Part shown: positions 1-12,961 of the stretch, piece by piece
How positions within the stretch are numbered: the first letter of the stretch is position 1
Layout: each line of letters begins with the position of its first letter
NCBI GenBank assembly: GCA_028826165.1
Contig: JAPDFW010000136.1
Coordinates: 310,001 to 374,000 of the forward strand
Source: Anaeramoeba ignava BMAN
Taxonomy: Eukaryota > Protista > Anaeramoebae
Reading direction: 5' to 3'
DNA length: 64,000 nt
The notes under the pieces: model-generated
Told to the model about the DNA's origin: nothing
Seen by the model: the letters and a program-made list of their open reading frames with translations, nothing else
Databases searched by the model: none
Position numbers and translations under genes: made by a program

Positions 1-496
1 TTCAACCAAAAAAATTATTCAATTTGGAGAAAAATTAGATTCTTTTATTAAATCAAATCCTGAATCATTTGAACCTAAATTTTCTTTTAAAATTGATGGA
101 TTAGATAAATCAACTGAAAAACTTAATTTAAGATTTAATGTTACAATTAAATGTAATTCTTGGCAAGAATTTCCAATTTGGACAGATTTAAAGAATGATT
201 TCTATTTATTTTGCAATAATAGTAAATTATTTTTAAAAATGAAAATAATTTTTTGATGTTCCACTTTTTTTATTAATTAAAATTTAAACACACACAAAAA
301 TATTATATAATAAATAGCTTTTAATGAATTAGGTATTGCTTATGAATATCCATCAATGGATCTTGATATTATAATGAAAAATTCAAATTCAAATTTCAAA
401 TTAAAACAAAAACAAAAAGAAAAGCAAAAACAAAAACAAAAATCAATAAACAAAAAAGAAATCAAAAATGAAATTGATGAAAAAAAAGAAAAATAA
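1..496 (+). CDS. 3' end of an MscS-like mechanosensitive channel (upstream tandem paralog, truncated by the window edge)
   Basis: Positions 1-~390 align with 3437-~3830. Removing GT-AG intron 222-317 gives ...FCNNTFNELGIAYEYPSMDLDII...KKEK, stop TAA at 494-496. Confidence 0.85.
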
Positions 497-626
497 TAAA
501 GCTCAATGTTCTTTTCTGTTCTTTTCTTTTCTTTTCTTTTTTTTTTAATCCAAAAGGGGAATAAAATTGGAATTTTTTTTAAATCATTTTTTCCTTTCTT
601 CCTCTTCTTTTTTATTAAAATATAAA

Positions 627-3600
627 ATGGAACCATCAAGACTTTCAATTTCAAGAAATGTTGATTCTCTTGGCAAAAAATTACGCAAAACAAATGTTTC
701 TAAATTTAATAGAGAAAATGAATCAATTTTACATCAAGATTCAATTCAACTTTCAACAGATTCAGAAAAAGATAAACCAAAAGATAATTTTTTAAATGAA
801 TCTGATTTTGAAGTTATTGTTGATTTTGAAAACCCAGAATTAAATCAAGAAATAGAAAATCAAGAAAAAAAGAAAAAGAAAAAAACAACAGATTTTTCAC
901 AACAACCAATTTTATTAAGGAAAATTATTGAACAAAGACTTCAACAAAAAGCTCAAGAACCTTTAAAAGAAAAACCTATTCAACATGAAGAAAAAGAATC
1001 AAATGTTTCTTGTTTTTATAAATATAAAAAATTTTTGATATTTTTGATCCCTTTTTCTATTATTGGTTTTATTGCTTTGATTTTTTATTTGTTTGGTTCT
1101 TCTGCTAAAATTTGGGAAGTAAAAGTTCATATGTGGGGATTTACAATTATATTTCTTTATGGAACTTATTGGGGATTTTATTTTATTTTTTCAAGAAGTA
1201 TTTTTATTTCAAATTCAAATTCAAATTCAAATTCAAATTATATTCAAATTTCAAATTATTTTAGTTTATTGGGCTTTAGGATTTTGTTTAAAACCTTCTA
1301 AATTATATAGAATTAAACCTCTTCGTTTACCTGTTGGTCTATTTTTTGCATGTGAATTAATAGAAAATAATTAACAAATTTTTTTATATCAAAATTTAAT
1401 TATTAATATTAATAATAATAATAATAAAGCTCTTACAGCTTATATTGTTTGGGATAAGATACTTGCAGCATCTTTAAGAACAACATTTATTAATCAATTA
1501 CTTCTTTTCATAGTAAATTTTCAAATTAAATTAAATTAAATTCAAATCAAAATAAATTTAAATTAAATTAATTTCAATTCAAATTCAAATCAATTCAAAT
1601 CAAAATCAAATTAAATTAAATTAAATTTAAATTAAATTAAATTAAATTAAATTCAAATCAAATCAAAATTAAATCAATTTAAATTCAATTCAAATTCAAT
1701 TCAAATCAAAATCAAATTAAATTAAATTCAATTCAAATTAAATTAAATTAAATTAAATTCAAATTAAATTAAATTAAATTCAAATCAAATCAATTCAATT
1801 CAAATTAAATTAAATTCAATTCAAATCAAAATCAAATTAAATTCAAATTAATTCAAATCAAAATCAAATTAAATTCAAATTAAATTCAATTCAAATCAAT
1901 TCAAATCAAAATCAAATTAAATTAAATTAAATTAATTTCAAATAAAAATTAAAATTCAAATCAATTCAAATTAAATCAAAATCAAATTCAATTCAAAATT
2001 GAAATTCAAATTAAATTCAAATTAAAAATTCAATTCAAATTAAATTCAAATTAAAATCAAAATAAAATTAAAATTAATTCAAATTCAATTCAATTCAATT
2101 CAATTCAAATTAATTTTAATCCAATTAAATCCAATTAAATCAATTTAAATTCAATTCAAATTAATTCAATTCAAATTAAATCAAATCAAATTCAAATTAA
2201 ATTAAATTCAAATTAAATCAATTTAAATTAAATTAAATTCAAATTAAATCAATTCAAATTAAATTAAATTCAAATTAAATTCAAATTAAATACAAATTAA
2301 ATTAAAATTCAATTCAAAATAAATCAAATTAAATTAAATTCAAATCAAATTAAAAATTAGTTAGTTTCATCAATCATAAGATGTTTTCTTGAAATTCTTC
2401 TTCAATATGTTGATAAAAGATTACTTGATAAAACTTATTTTGATAAATTATTTCAAAGTTTAGAAGAAGAATCTTATATTAAAAATCTCATTTCACAAAC
2501 TCCTCATATTCCAAAAAAATTTCGAATTTTGGATAAAAAAAATGTTAATGAATCAATTCAACTTGAAGATAAAAATATTATTAATATGAGTCAAAAAAAA
2601 CCAAGATTAATGAGCAAAAAACAAAAGAAATTAATGAATTTTGGAATTTCTAAAGTAAATTATATTTAATAATAAAATAATAAAATAATTAATTGAATAT
2701 TTAAATCAAAAAAGGCAAGAAAATTATTTCTTCAACAAAATGATATTCTTTATGTTAAAAACAATGAAGCATTAAATAATAAAGTTGATATATTTGTAGA
2801 AGAAATCATGTCAAATGCAGATATTCAAGAAAAAGGATATTTAACATATTTAGATTTTGAATTATTTTTTCATCCACATAAAGCTAAAAAAGCATTTTTA
2901 TTTTTTCTAAGTTCACCAATATTAGAAGATTCAGAACTAAAACAACAAAAAATAACACAAGAAATATTAAAACCAAAAATAACAGATTTTTTTATTGAAA
3001 GAGGTCATTTAAAGAAAACAATTCAACAACATCAAAGTTTATCGAAAATTTTGAAGAAATTATTAAAATTTGTTTATTGGGTTATAATGATAATTGTTTT
3101 CCTTATTATTATCAAAATTGATTTGGGAAGTTTATTTCTTGGATTAATCACTTTATTAGTTTCATTAAGTTTTGCTTTTTCAGGAATAATTAAAAATTTT
3201 GTTGATTCATTAACTTTAATATTTGGAGTTAAACCTTATGATACTGGAGATGCAATAAATATAGAAGGGAATAAATATAGAGTTAAAGCAATGGATTTAT
3301 ACAAAACAACACTTGAAGATTTTTCTGGAAGGATATCAAATGTAACTAATTGGTCAATGCTTTCAAAAGAAGTTATAAATTACAAAAGAAGTTCAAGAGT
3401 TTCAATTTACACAATTATTGGAATCAGTTCAAAAACTTCAACCAAAAAAATTATTCAATTTGGAGAAAAATTAGATTCTTTTATTAAATCAAATCCTGAA
3501 TCATTTGAACCTAGATTTTCTTTTAAAATTATGGGATTAGATAAACCAACTGAAAAACTTAATTTAAGATTTAATGTTACAATTAAATGTAATTCTTGGC

Positions 3601-4082
3601 AAGAATTTCCAATTTGGACAAATTTGAGGAATGATTTCTATTTATTTTGCAATAATAGTAAATTATTTTTAAAAATGAAAATAATTTTTTGATGTTCCAC
3701 TTTTTTTATTAATTAAAATTTAAACACACACAAAAATATTATATAATAAATAGCTTTTAATGAATTAGGTATTTCTTATGAATATCCATCAATGGATCTT
3801 GATATTATAATGAAAAATTCAAATTCAAATTCAAATTTCAAATTTAATTCAAATTCAAAATCAAGAAAATCAAGAAAATCAAGAAAATCTAGAAAATCTA
3901 GAAAATCTAGAAAATCTAAATCTAATTCTAAATATAAATATAAATCTAAATCTAAATCTAAATCTAAATCTAAATCTAAATCTAAATCTAAATCTAAATC
4001 TAAATCTAAATCTAAATCTAAATCTAAATCTAGCAAATCTAAATCTAAATCTAAATCTAAATCTAATTCTAAATTCAAATAA
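627..4082 (+). CDS. MscS-like (MSL) mechanosensitive channel, multi-exon
   Basis: ATG at 627 followed by N-terminal TM segments. ORF 2808-3692 has an EF-hand-like ADIQEKGYLTYLDF and the MscS core (LSFAFSGIIKNFVDSLTLIFGVKPYDTGDAI). GT-AG introns include 1198-1264, ~1512-2360 and 3658-3753. The last exon ELGISYEYP has an (SRK)n(SK)n tail. Confidence 0.85.
1512..2360. repeat. Intron filled with AAATT/AATTC/AAATC pentamer-type simple repeats
   Basis: Directly visible. Starts gtaaat and ends ttag, inside the MscS gene. Confidence 0.85.
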
Positions 4083-4607
4083 ATCTAAATCTAAATCTAA
4101 ATCTAAATCTAAATCTAAATCTAAATCAAATTCTAAATCTAATTCTAAATCTAATTCTAATTCTAATTCTAATTCTAAATCTAAATATAAATCTAAATCT
4201 AAATCTAAATCTAATTCAAAATCGAAAAGATTTAATTTAAAAGAATTAAAAAAAGAATTGAAAAATGAATTGAAAAAAGAATTAATAAATGAATTAAAAA
4301 ATGAAAAATAGAAAAATGAAAAGTGGAAAGTGGAATGTATGTATTTATTTTTGTTTATGTTAAAATGAAGAAAAATTGATTTTAAATTATTTTTTCTTCT
4401 TTTTTTATCCGTTGAAAAAATAAAATAAAAAAAATAAAAAAATAATTTAAAATCCGTTAAAAAAAACTTTTTTTTTTAATTCAAAAAAAACAAAACAAAA
4501 ATTTATTTTTCATTTCTCTATTCTTTCTCTTTCTTTCTTTCTTTCTTTTTTTGGATTATTATTATTTCAATCTTTTTATTTTCAAAAACAAAAAACAAAA
4601 CAAAAAA

Positions 4608-5690
4608 ATGGAAGATGATATTTATTATTCTCCAAAATATTATGATGATGAATTTGAATATCGGTAAAAATCAATTAAATCAATTAAATCAATTAAATCA
4701 ATTAAATCAATTCAATATTCAATTCAATATTTAATTTAATAATCAATATTCAATATTTAATTCAATATTTAATTCAATTTAATATTCAATATTTAATTCA
4801 ATATTTAATTAAATAATCAATTTAATAATCAATTTAATATTTAATTTAATATTCAATTCAATATTTAATATTCAATTTAATAATCAATTTAATATTCAAT
4901 TTAATATTCAATTTAATATTCAATTTAATATTCAAATTTAATCAATTCCGAATCAATAATCAATAATCAATAATCAATAATCAATAATCAATAATTAAAT
5001 AATCAATAATCAATAATCAATAATCCAATTTAATATTTTCAATATTTAATAATATTAATAATTTCAATATTCAATATTATTCAATATTCAATATTAATAT
5101 TCAATATCAATTCAATATTCAATTTAATAATTCAATATTCAATTTTAATATTTAATTTAATATCAAATAATCAATATTTAATAATAATATTTAATTCAAT
5201 TTAATATTCAATTTTAATAAAAATCAAAATCAATAATTAATAATCAATAATCAATAATCAATAATCAATAATCAATATTCAATATTCAATTCAATATTCA
5301 ATTCAATATTTAATTCAATATTAAATATTCAATATTAAATATTCAATTCAATATTTAATTCAATATTAAATATTCAATATTAAATATTCAATTCAATATT
5401 AAATATTCAATTCAATATTAAATATTCAATATTTAATATTCAATATTTAATTCAATTTAATTTAAATCAAAAAATTAAGACATGTAATTCTCCCAAAACC
5501 AATGGGAAGAAAAATTCCAAAAGACCATCTTTTATCAGAAAAAGAATGGAGAGGAATTGGTATTTGTATGAGTAGAGGTTGGATTCATTATCATTATCAT
5601 AAACCTGAACCAAATATTTTACTTTTTAGAAGACCTTTAAGTGAAGAACAAAAACATTTACAAAAACAACTTGGAATTCAACAAATTTAA
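4608..5690 (+). CDS. CKS1: Cyclin-dependent kinase regulatory subunit (2 exons: 4608-4663, 5480-5690)
   Basis: Spliced product MEDDIYYSPKYYDDEFEYR/HVILPKPMGRKIPKDHLLSEKEWRGIGICMSRGWIHYHYHKPEPNILLFRRPL matches the Cks/Suc1 signature. Intron 4664-5479 is GT..AG. Confidence 0.95.
4664..5479. repeat. 816-bp CKS1 intron made of AATCAAT/AATATTC-type simple repeats
   Basis: Directly visible low-complexity repeat between the splice sites. Confidence 0.85.
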
Positions 5691-5866
5691 TTTGAAATTT
5701 CTCTTTTTTTCTTTTTTTTTTTCATTTTACTTTTTAATCTCTATTTTTTCTTTTTGAAATAAATTGTTTGAAATTAAATTTTTATTTTTTATTATTAAAA
5801 ATGTCCACTTTTTATTTTTTTTTTTTAAATTTTAATTTTCATTTTTTTCATTTTTAATTTTTAATA

Positions 5867-8800
5867 ATGAATTCTGATAAAATTCTTTTAATGGGTTTAA
5901 AATCTTTTTTATTCAAATTATCTTCTCCTCGTTTTAAAATGGAAGAAGAATTAAAAAATGTAAATAAAAAAAAAGCAAAAAAAAAAAAAAAGGAAAAAAA
6001 AGATTTTTAAATTAAATTTTTAAATTAGTTTAATCGCATTTTTGGAATTAAAGCTAACATTCAATTATTAACTCTTTTATTAATTGATCTTTGAAAAAGA
6101 AATTCAAAAATCTAAAACAACAACTTTTATAAAAAATCCTAAATTAATTTTGTTGGAAAATCAATTAAATTCTCTTGATAAAATTCCTAATTATTTAACA
6201 ATTATTATTCAAGTTTTTTCTCAATTTTTTCTTAATATAAAAACAAATCAAAATGAATTTTTGCAAAATTTATTCAATTTTTTGGAAATTAAAGATTCAA
6301 TTCAAGATTTACTTTCAAATTATTTCTTAAATTTTGATTCAGAAATTAAATTGGGAAACCTTTCTTTTTCAAATGTTCCTTTAAATTTTTCAAAAAAACA
6401 AGATGAATTGATAACAAAATTTCAAGCCGATTTAGAAAAAGAAGAATTTAATTTAAACATTGAGTAAAAATTAAAATTTAAAATTTAAAATTTAAAATTA
6501 AAAATCTAAAATCGGAAAAAAATAAACTCTTGTTTTCTTTTTAGCAAATTATTAAATAATGAAATTACTTTATCAAAATATGTTCAATCAATAAAGGACT
6601 CAGAATTTAATGCGAAATCATTTAATCAAATAATTATGAAAAAGACAAGCAATTCAGTAGAAATTGGAAAAACATTAGTTTATCTTTGTAATAGATTTTC
6701 ACAAAATCCAAAAATAGGGAAAAAAAATATCATGATGATAATTGAAAAATTACCACGTTTAAAATGGAAAGAAATAATGAATTCGTTTAGATTTCCAGAA
6801 TGCAATTTTTATACTCAAGAATCAGTGGATCTTTTTTTAAAAATTTACAAATCCAAAAATATTATAGCATTATCTTTGGATTCTATACTGGAAAACTGGA
6901 AAAAATCATCTATTCAATTTTCTTTCTTCAATTATGCCTTAAGTTCAAAAGAATTCGATTTGAAAAACCAAATGTCTATTTTTATGAAACAGACAAAAAA
7001 ACCAAATAAATTCCATCAATCAAAAGATCCACTTTCAAGCTTTTTATCAAGAACATTCCATTTTGCTGAATTAGATTCTTGTGGAACTTATTCTTTTATG
7101 CAAAAATTCCTTCTAAATTTCAGAGAAGATCAAATTCTTTTATTGAAAACCCTAGATTCTTTAGAGAATAGCATCAAATCTGCAAAATCAAATTATATTT
7201 ATCAAGAATCATTAAGAAAAACATTAGATATCTTTGGAAATCTTTTTTTCCACTACCAAGGAAATATTGATAGATTGATTGAGAAATATTATTCACAATT
7301 TGGAGATGAATTATGTTCATCAATTCTTAATTTTTTGCAAACAAAACTAGAAAAATCTGAAGAATTAGTTTTGGATTATGATTCAAGAAAAAAATTGATC
7401 AAATTGTTCACTTTTTTAATTACAAAAGCATCAAATCATTATCAAATAATTGACAGAATAAGCATTATTTTTATGGAATATTTAAAAAAATTGGAATTAC
7501 CAGTTGAATTAACCAATTTACCTTACAATATTATTTTTGAAAATCAAGAAAAATTCACAGAAGAAGATGATAAAAATGGGGATTTGATAATTCAAACTGC
7601 GCAAAAATGCATAAAAGAAAACAAGGAATTTCATCTCATATCAGATTTAAAGAAACAACTTCCGGATGAAAAATTTGAGCGCCATATTCTTTCATTTCTC
7701 AAGAAATTTGTGATCATTGAAGAAAATCAGGTTTTGGAAATCTCCCTCGTTTTTGAAAATCTTATTAACAACCATCAAGAATTGTTAACAAACAAATTGG
7801 TTTTTTCAGTTTTCAATATTGTTTTGATTTTACTATTGAAGTTATTGGATCCAAAAAATCAAAACAGAATGACTAATTGGAAATTCTTATCAAAATTAAT
7901 CAAAAATATTATTTCTGAGGTTTCAAAATTCCCCAATTTATTAAACAAAATTAAAGGCATCCTTCAAGAATTTCAGAATGAGTTTGAATCTAAAAAGAAA
8001 ATAATTACTCGTGCTCTAAATCAAATCACAAACGAAAATTATGATGATCAAATCCAAAAAATAAATGAGGCACTTTCTCCTTTTCTTTTTTCTTGGGTTT
8101 TTCAGGATATTATCTCCAGAATAAGAGCAAGTGCTGAATCAAAATTTTTAACTTTAATGATGAAAATTATCGAAAATATCCAAATCCCGCAATCAGAGCA
8201 ATTATTTTTTACTCAATTTTCATATAATTTCCGAGAATCTTATCAAAAAGTTTTTTCTGATCAAACTTCTTTGAAAGAAAAAAAGAACCAATTTAAAGCA
8301 TTATCTACATTTTTAGGAATAATGACTTATCGAAGGGGAATTTCATTAGCCAATTCAAAATTCCCTCTTTTATTTTTTCTTGAAAATTTTGATAACTTCA
8401 CTGATCTACAAAAAGCATTTTCCATAAGTGTTGTCAGAAATATTTTGTTGGAATGTAAAAATTCAACAATATTCACAGTATTTAATCCTGAAATTCTCGA
8501 AATACTAAGAAAGTTACAAGAAATCTATGATCCTGAGTCTGAAAAACCAAATGATTTTGATATTCAAACAATATTTGAATCATTCTCTGAGAATTATTTT
8601 ATTCATCACAGAATTTTGTTAGAATTTTGTTTATTTCTGGATGCTTTACAAAATGATTTTGATTTGACAGATGAATCAATTCTTAAACAAATTTTCCAAG
8701 TTATTACTCAAATTTTACCTCAAATACAGCAACATATTCAAGAAAGAACAAAACACTGGCAAAAATTTCAAAATCGTCCAAATTTCAGAAATAATATCAT

Positions 8801-10013
8801 TTACGATCTAAAATATATTATTATTCCACAAAATTTTGAACAATTCCGGCAAAGATATTTAAAATCTCAAAGTGATGAACAATTTTCTGAACAATTTTCT
8901 GAACAATTTTCTGAATGGATAAAAAATGGCTTAATTTTTAAAATAATTTATGATTTTATTTTTACTTATTCTGGAAAAGAGATTTCTTTTTCTCTTAATC
9001 TTGGTGAATCAATTGATTTATATGGTGAAAATGAAATTGATCCACACTTAATTCCTCCAAAATTTCCTCCAAATATTCCTCCAAATTTTATTCCAAATTT
9101 TAATCATTATCCTTATTTACAAAATGGTATAAATCAATTTGGTGAATCAATTGATTTAGGTGATGAACATGAAAATGATTCCCAATTAATTCCAAGAACT
9201 ATTCATCCAAATATTCCAAATATTCCTCCAAATATTCCTCCAAATTTTAATCCAAATTTTAATCATTATCCTCATCATTTCCAAAATGGTATAAATCAAT
9301 TTAGTGAATCAATTGATTCAAGTGATGAAAATGAAAATGAAAATGAAAATGATTCAAGTGATGAAAATGAAAATGAAAATGAAAATGATTCAAGTGATGA
9401 AAATGAAACTAATCCAAATCAATTAAGTGAATCAATTAATTCAGGTGATGAACATGAAAATGATTCACACTTAATTCCTCCAAAATTTCCTCCAAATATT
9501 CCTCCAAATTTTATTCCAAATTTTCATCATTATCCTTATTATTTACAAAATGGTATAAATCAATTTGGTGAATCAATTGATTCAGGTGATGAACATGAAA
9601 ATGATTCCCAATTAATTCCAAGAACTATTCATCCAAATATTCCTCCAAATATTCCTCCAAATTTTCATCCAAATTTTAATCATTATCCTCATCATTTCCA
9701 AAATGGTATAAATCAATTTAGTGAATCAATTGATTCAAGTGATGAAAATGAAAATGAAAATGAAAATGATTCAAGTGATGAAAATGAAACTAATCCAAAT
9801 CAATTAAGTGAATCAATTAATTCAGGTGATGAAAATGAAATTAATCCACACTTAATTCCTCCAAAATTTCCTCCAAATATTCCTCCAAATTTTATTCCAA
9901 ATTTTAATCATTATCCTTATTATTTACAAAATGGTATAAATCAATTTAGTGAATCAATTAATTCAGGTGATGAAAATGAAAATGATTCAAATGATTCTGA
10001 TGATTCAAATTAA
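5867..10013 (+). CDS. NOT1/CNOT1-like protein (N-terminal HEAT region plus CAF1-binding MIF4G-like domain), lacking the C-terminal half and ending in a repeat tail
   Basis: LPRLKWKEIMNSFRFPEC, ENWKKSSIQFSFFNYAL, IITRALNQITNENYDDQI, LSTFLGIMTYRRGISL and VVRNILLECKNSTIFTVFNPEILEILRKLQEIY resemble CNOT1 motifs (LGHWLGMITLAKNKPI; FVAKVLESS..S.VF.PPNPW). Introns ~5960-6028 and 6464-6544; probable frameshift near 6080. Confidence 0.7.
9000..9990 (+). repeat. Coding tandem repeats of ~45-50 aa (ESID..DE.EN..HLIPPKFPPNIPPNF.PNFNHYP..QNGINQF)
   Basis: Five near-identical Pro/Asn/His/aromatic units with acidic ENENEN spacers in ORF 6636-10013. Confidence 0.9.
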
Positions 10014-10208
10014 TTTCAAATTGATTTCAAATTGATTTAATTTTGATTTAAAATTGATTTAAAATTGATTTAAAATTGATTCAATTTTGATTTAAATTAA
10101 AAAATTTTAATTTTCATTTCTTCAAAAATTAATTAAATCAAATCAAATTTCTTTTTATTATTCTTTTTTTTATTTTTATTGTTTTTTTTCAATCCTAAAT
10201 CAAGAAAA

Positions 10209-12851
10209 TCAATCATCATTTTGAATTAAAAATTGAATTGAATTGTTTTCATTAAGTTGATAATAATCAGTTGCATCAAATAATTCATTTTTGGCATTTT
10301 GAGTAATATTCTCAGGCAATTTATTTAAATAAAGATAATAAATCAAAGCTTGAATTGTTTCATAAGATTTTCCACTATAATCATTAACTTGATTTGATTT
10401 ATCATTAACATTAAGAAGAAACATTCCACGATAAAGTTCACTTCTTGCAACTAAAATAACTTTATGAACACCAATTCTTTTATTATCAACAATAATCTCA
10501 AAATCCTTCTTTCCATTTTCATATAAATTTTTCAAATCATCAAAATATTGTTTTTCTCTTTCTTGTGAATTTGAAATTCCAAGTTCAAGTTCAATTTGAT
10601 TAATCAATTCCTTTTTCATCACTTCATTCTCAGTTATTCCTGTATAAATAAATTTCAAATAATCATTCACTTGCTCAGTTGTTTTTGTTTCTAAAATTTT
10701 GGATAATTTTTCAATTGATTTTCCTTGAATTCTATTTTCTATTATTATTGAATGTGCTTGAATTGTTTCTCCTTCTTTTGATTTAAATGTTAAATCGGTA
10801 AATTCTTTTCTTGCAAAAAGATTATAAAAATCTTGGTAATATCCATCAAATTGTTCAAATAATTGCTCAATTTCCTTTTCCAATTTTAATATTTTAACTA
10901 AATCTTTTGGCGAATTTTCCTTTTGATTTATTTAATTTTAAATTAATTCATCAAAATTAAAATCAAAATTAAAATTAAAATCAAAATTAAAATCAAAATC
11001 AAAATTTTTCACTTTGATTTTTGATTTACATCCTAATATTTTAATTATCAAAAAAAAATATTTTTTGTGATTAAAGATAATTTCTTTTTTTAATTTTGAA
11101 AAAAAAGAATTTATTACATTCTATTAAAAAATAATAAATCAAAAATGAAAAATCAAAAATCAAAAATCAAAGTGAAAATTATTTACATTTTTTATATAAA
11201 TATTTGATCCATTTTTTAGTAATATGAAAAACAAATTCTTATTTTTCTTGAAATAGCAAGCATGATGCAATGGAGTATCATTCTTTTTAAATGAAATATA
11301 CATAAATAAGTATTAAATTCAAATTCAATTCAAATCAAAATTTACATACTTTTTGAAAAATAATCAAATGTAAATATAAATATAAAACATTTCAAATCAA
11401 TTATTTTTTGTGAGAATTTTACAAACTAAATCAAAAATATTTATTATTAAGATTATTTTCAATTTTAAAAATTGGAAGTATTATTTGGATTTGAAATTAA
11501 AAACATCTTGTGAATTGATATTTGCGCCTTTTTCAATTAACAATTCTATTATTTTAGTGGAATTAAAAAATTTATTAACAGCAATATGTAAAGGAGTTTT
11601 TTTCTTCATTTTGAAAATAGAAAATTTAAAGGATTTTTTTTTTAATAATGAAAAAGTTAACAACATTTTTTTTAATTTTCTTTACTAACTAAATTATAAA
11701 ATTAATTATAAAAATAATTATAAAATTAATCAGTCTATTTTTTTTTACGTTCTAAATTTAAAATTAAATTGATAATTATTGATTTAATTTGTTTTTTGTT
11801 TTTTGTTTTATTTTTTGATTTACATTTGTGGAATTTGGATCAGCCCCAGATTCTATTAAAAATCTTATAACTTCTTCTTCTATTCCATTTTTTATTGAGT
11901 GATGAATAATTGTATCTCCCTTTTTTAAATTAATTTTAATTTACAATATTTTTTTGAATTGAATTGAATTGAATTGAATTGAATTGAATTGAATTGAATT
12001 GAATTTTAATTTTTTTGTTGTTTTACATTCTAAAATCAATTATTTGAGTCATTTTATCAAAAACAATTCAAAAAGATCTCTTTAATTATTAAATAATTGT
12101 TTATTTTTTACATACTAAATAAAAAATATAATTTGAATAAAAAAAAAATACTTTCATTTGAAAATTAAAATTTTTTTTTAAAAAATAAAAACATCATGTG
12201 CATTAAGATTTGGAGATAATTCAATAAATGATTTAATATTTTCAAGAGTTCTTCTTCTATCTAATAAATAGAATAAAGGGGTTTTTTGCTTTAAAAAAGG
12301 AAATATTAATTCAAAAAAAGTTTTAAAAAGAATATTTTGAATAAAAAATTTAATCAAAATTTACAAACTTTTTCAAATTCAATTATTATTCAATCATTAT
12401 TCAATTATTATTCCAATCATTATTTAATTCATTTTTTACTTTCTAAATTAGTTTTTATTAAAATTATTTTTTATTAAAAAATTATTTTTTTTATTTTCAC
12501 ATCTTTTGATTCTAAACTAATTCCTTCACTTATAAGAAATTTAATCATTTGCAAATCAATATCATTTGCAACTGCAAGATGAAGTAGAGTTGATTTCTAA
12601 TTGAAAAATTGAAAAATTCAAATTGATTGAATTACTAAAAAATTTACTAACTTTTTTTTCTTCTTTAAAAAATTTTTTTCAAACTAAAAATTTAAATTTA
12701 ATTTTTAATTTAGAATTTAATTATTAATTTAAATATTAAAACCATCAGAAAATCGATAATCAAAACCAATTAATTTTTCTTTTAATAAATTTTTTAACCC
12801 TTTTTGAGAATTATTCCTTAAAACTTGTAAAAAATCTGAACGAAAAATCAT
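10209..12851 (-). CDS. Ankyrin-repeat + BTB/POZ protein with ten 3-nt microexons
   Basis: Exons on the minus strand: 12851-12743; a probable 8/11-nt exon ending at 12652; 12596-12501; 12442-12440 (AAA); 12367-12365 (TTT); 12288-12193; 12114-12112 (TAT); 12029-12027 (AAT); 11919-11824; 11751-11749 (AAC); 11688-11686 (TTA); 11603-11505; 11425-11423 (TTT); 11348-11346 (TAT); 11282-11187; 11120-11118 (AAT); 11032-11030 (GAT); 10919-10209 (BTB region, HKVILVARSELYRGMF). All introns are GT-AG, 55-110 nt. Confidence 0.85.
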
Positions 12852-12961
12852 TTGAAAAAAAGAAAATGAAAAAAAAAATGAATTTTTGATTTTTATTATT
12901 TTTATTGATTTAAAATGTTTTTTTTCTTAAATTGAAAAGGAAAAATAACTCGTTGTTGTTT

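Noticed and set aside
5800-5812. Recurrent TCCACTTTT motif (also near 260, 3696, 40882 and 57444) as a promoter element
   Set aside because: It occurs in introns and downstream of genes as well as upstream, and there are too few cases to support a function.
12648-12650. An eleventh AG-TTA-GTAA candidate microexon after exon 1 of the ankyrin gene
   Set aside because: Exon 1 ends in phase 1 and the next large exon starts in phase 0, so 3 nt does not restore the frame. An 8- or 11-nt exon ending at 12652 does. Unresolved without cDNA.
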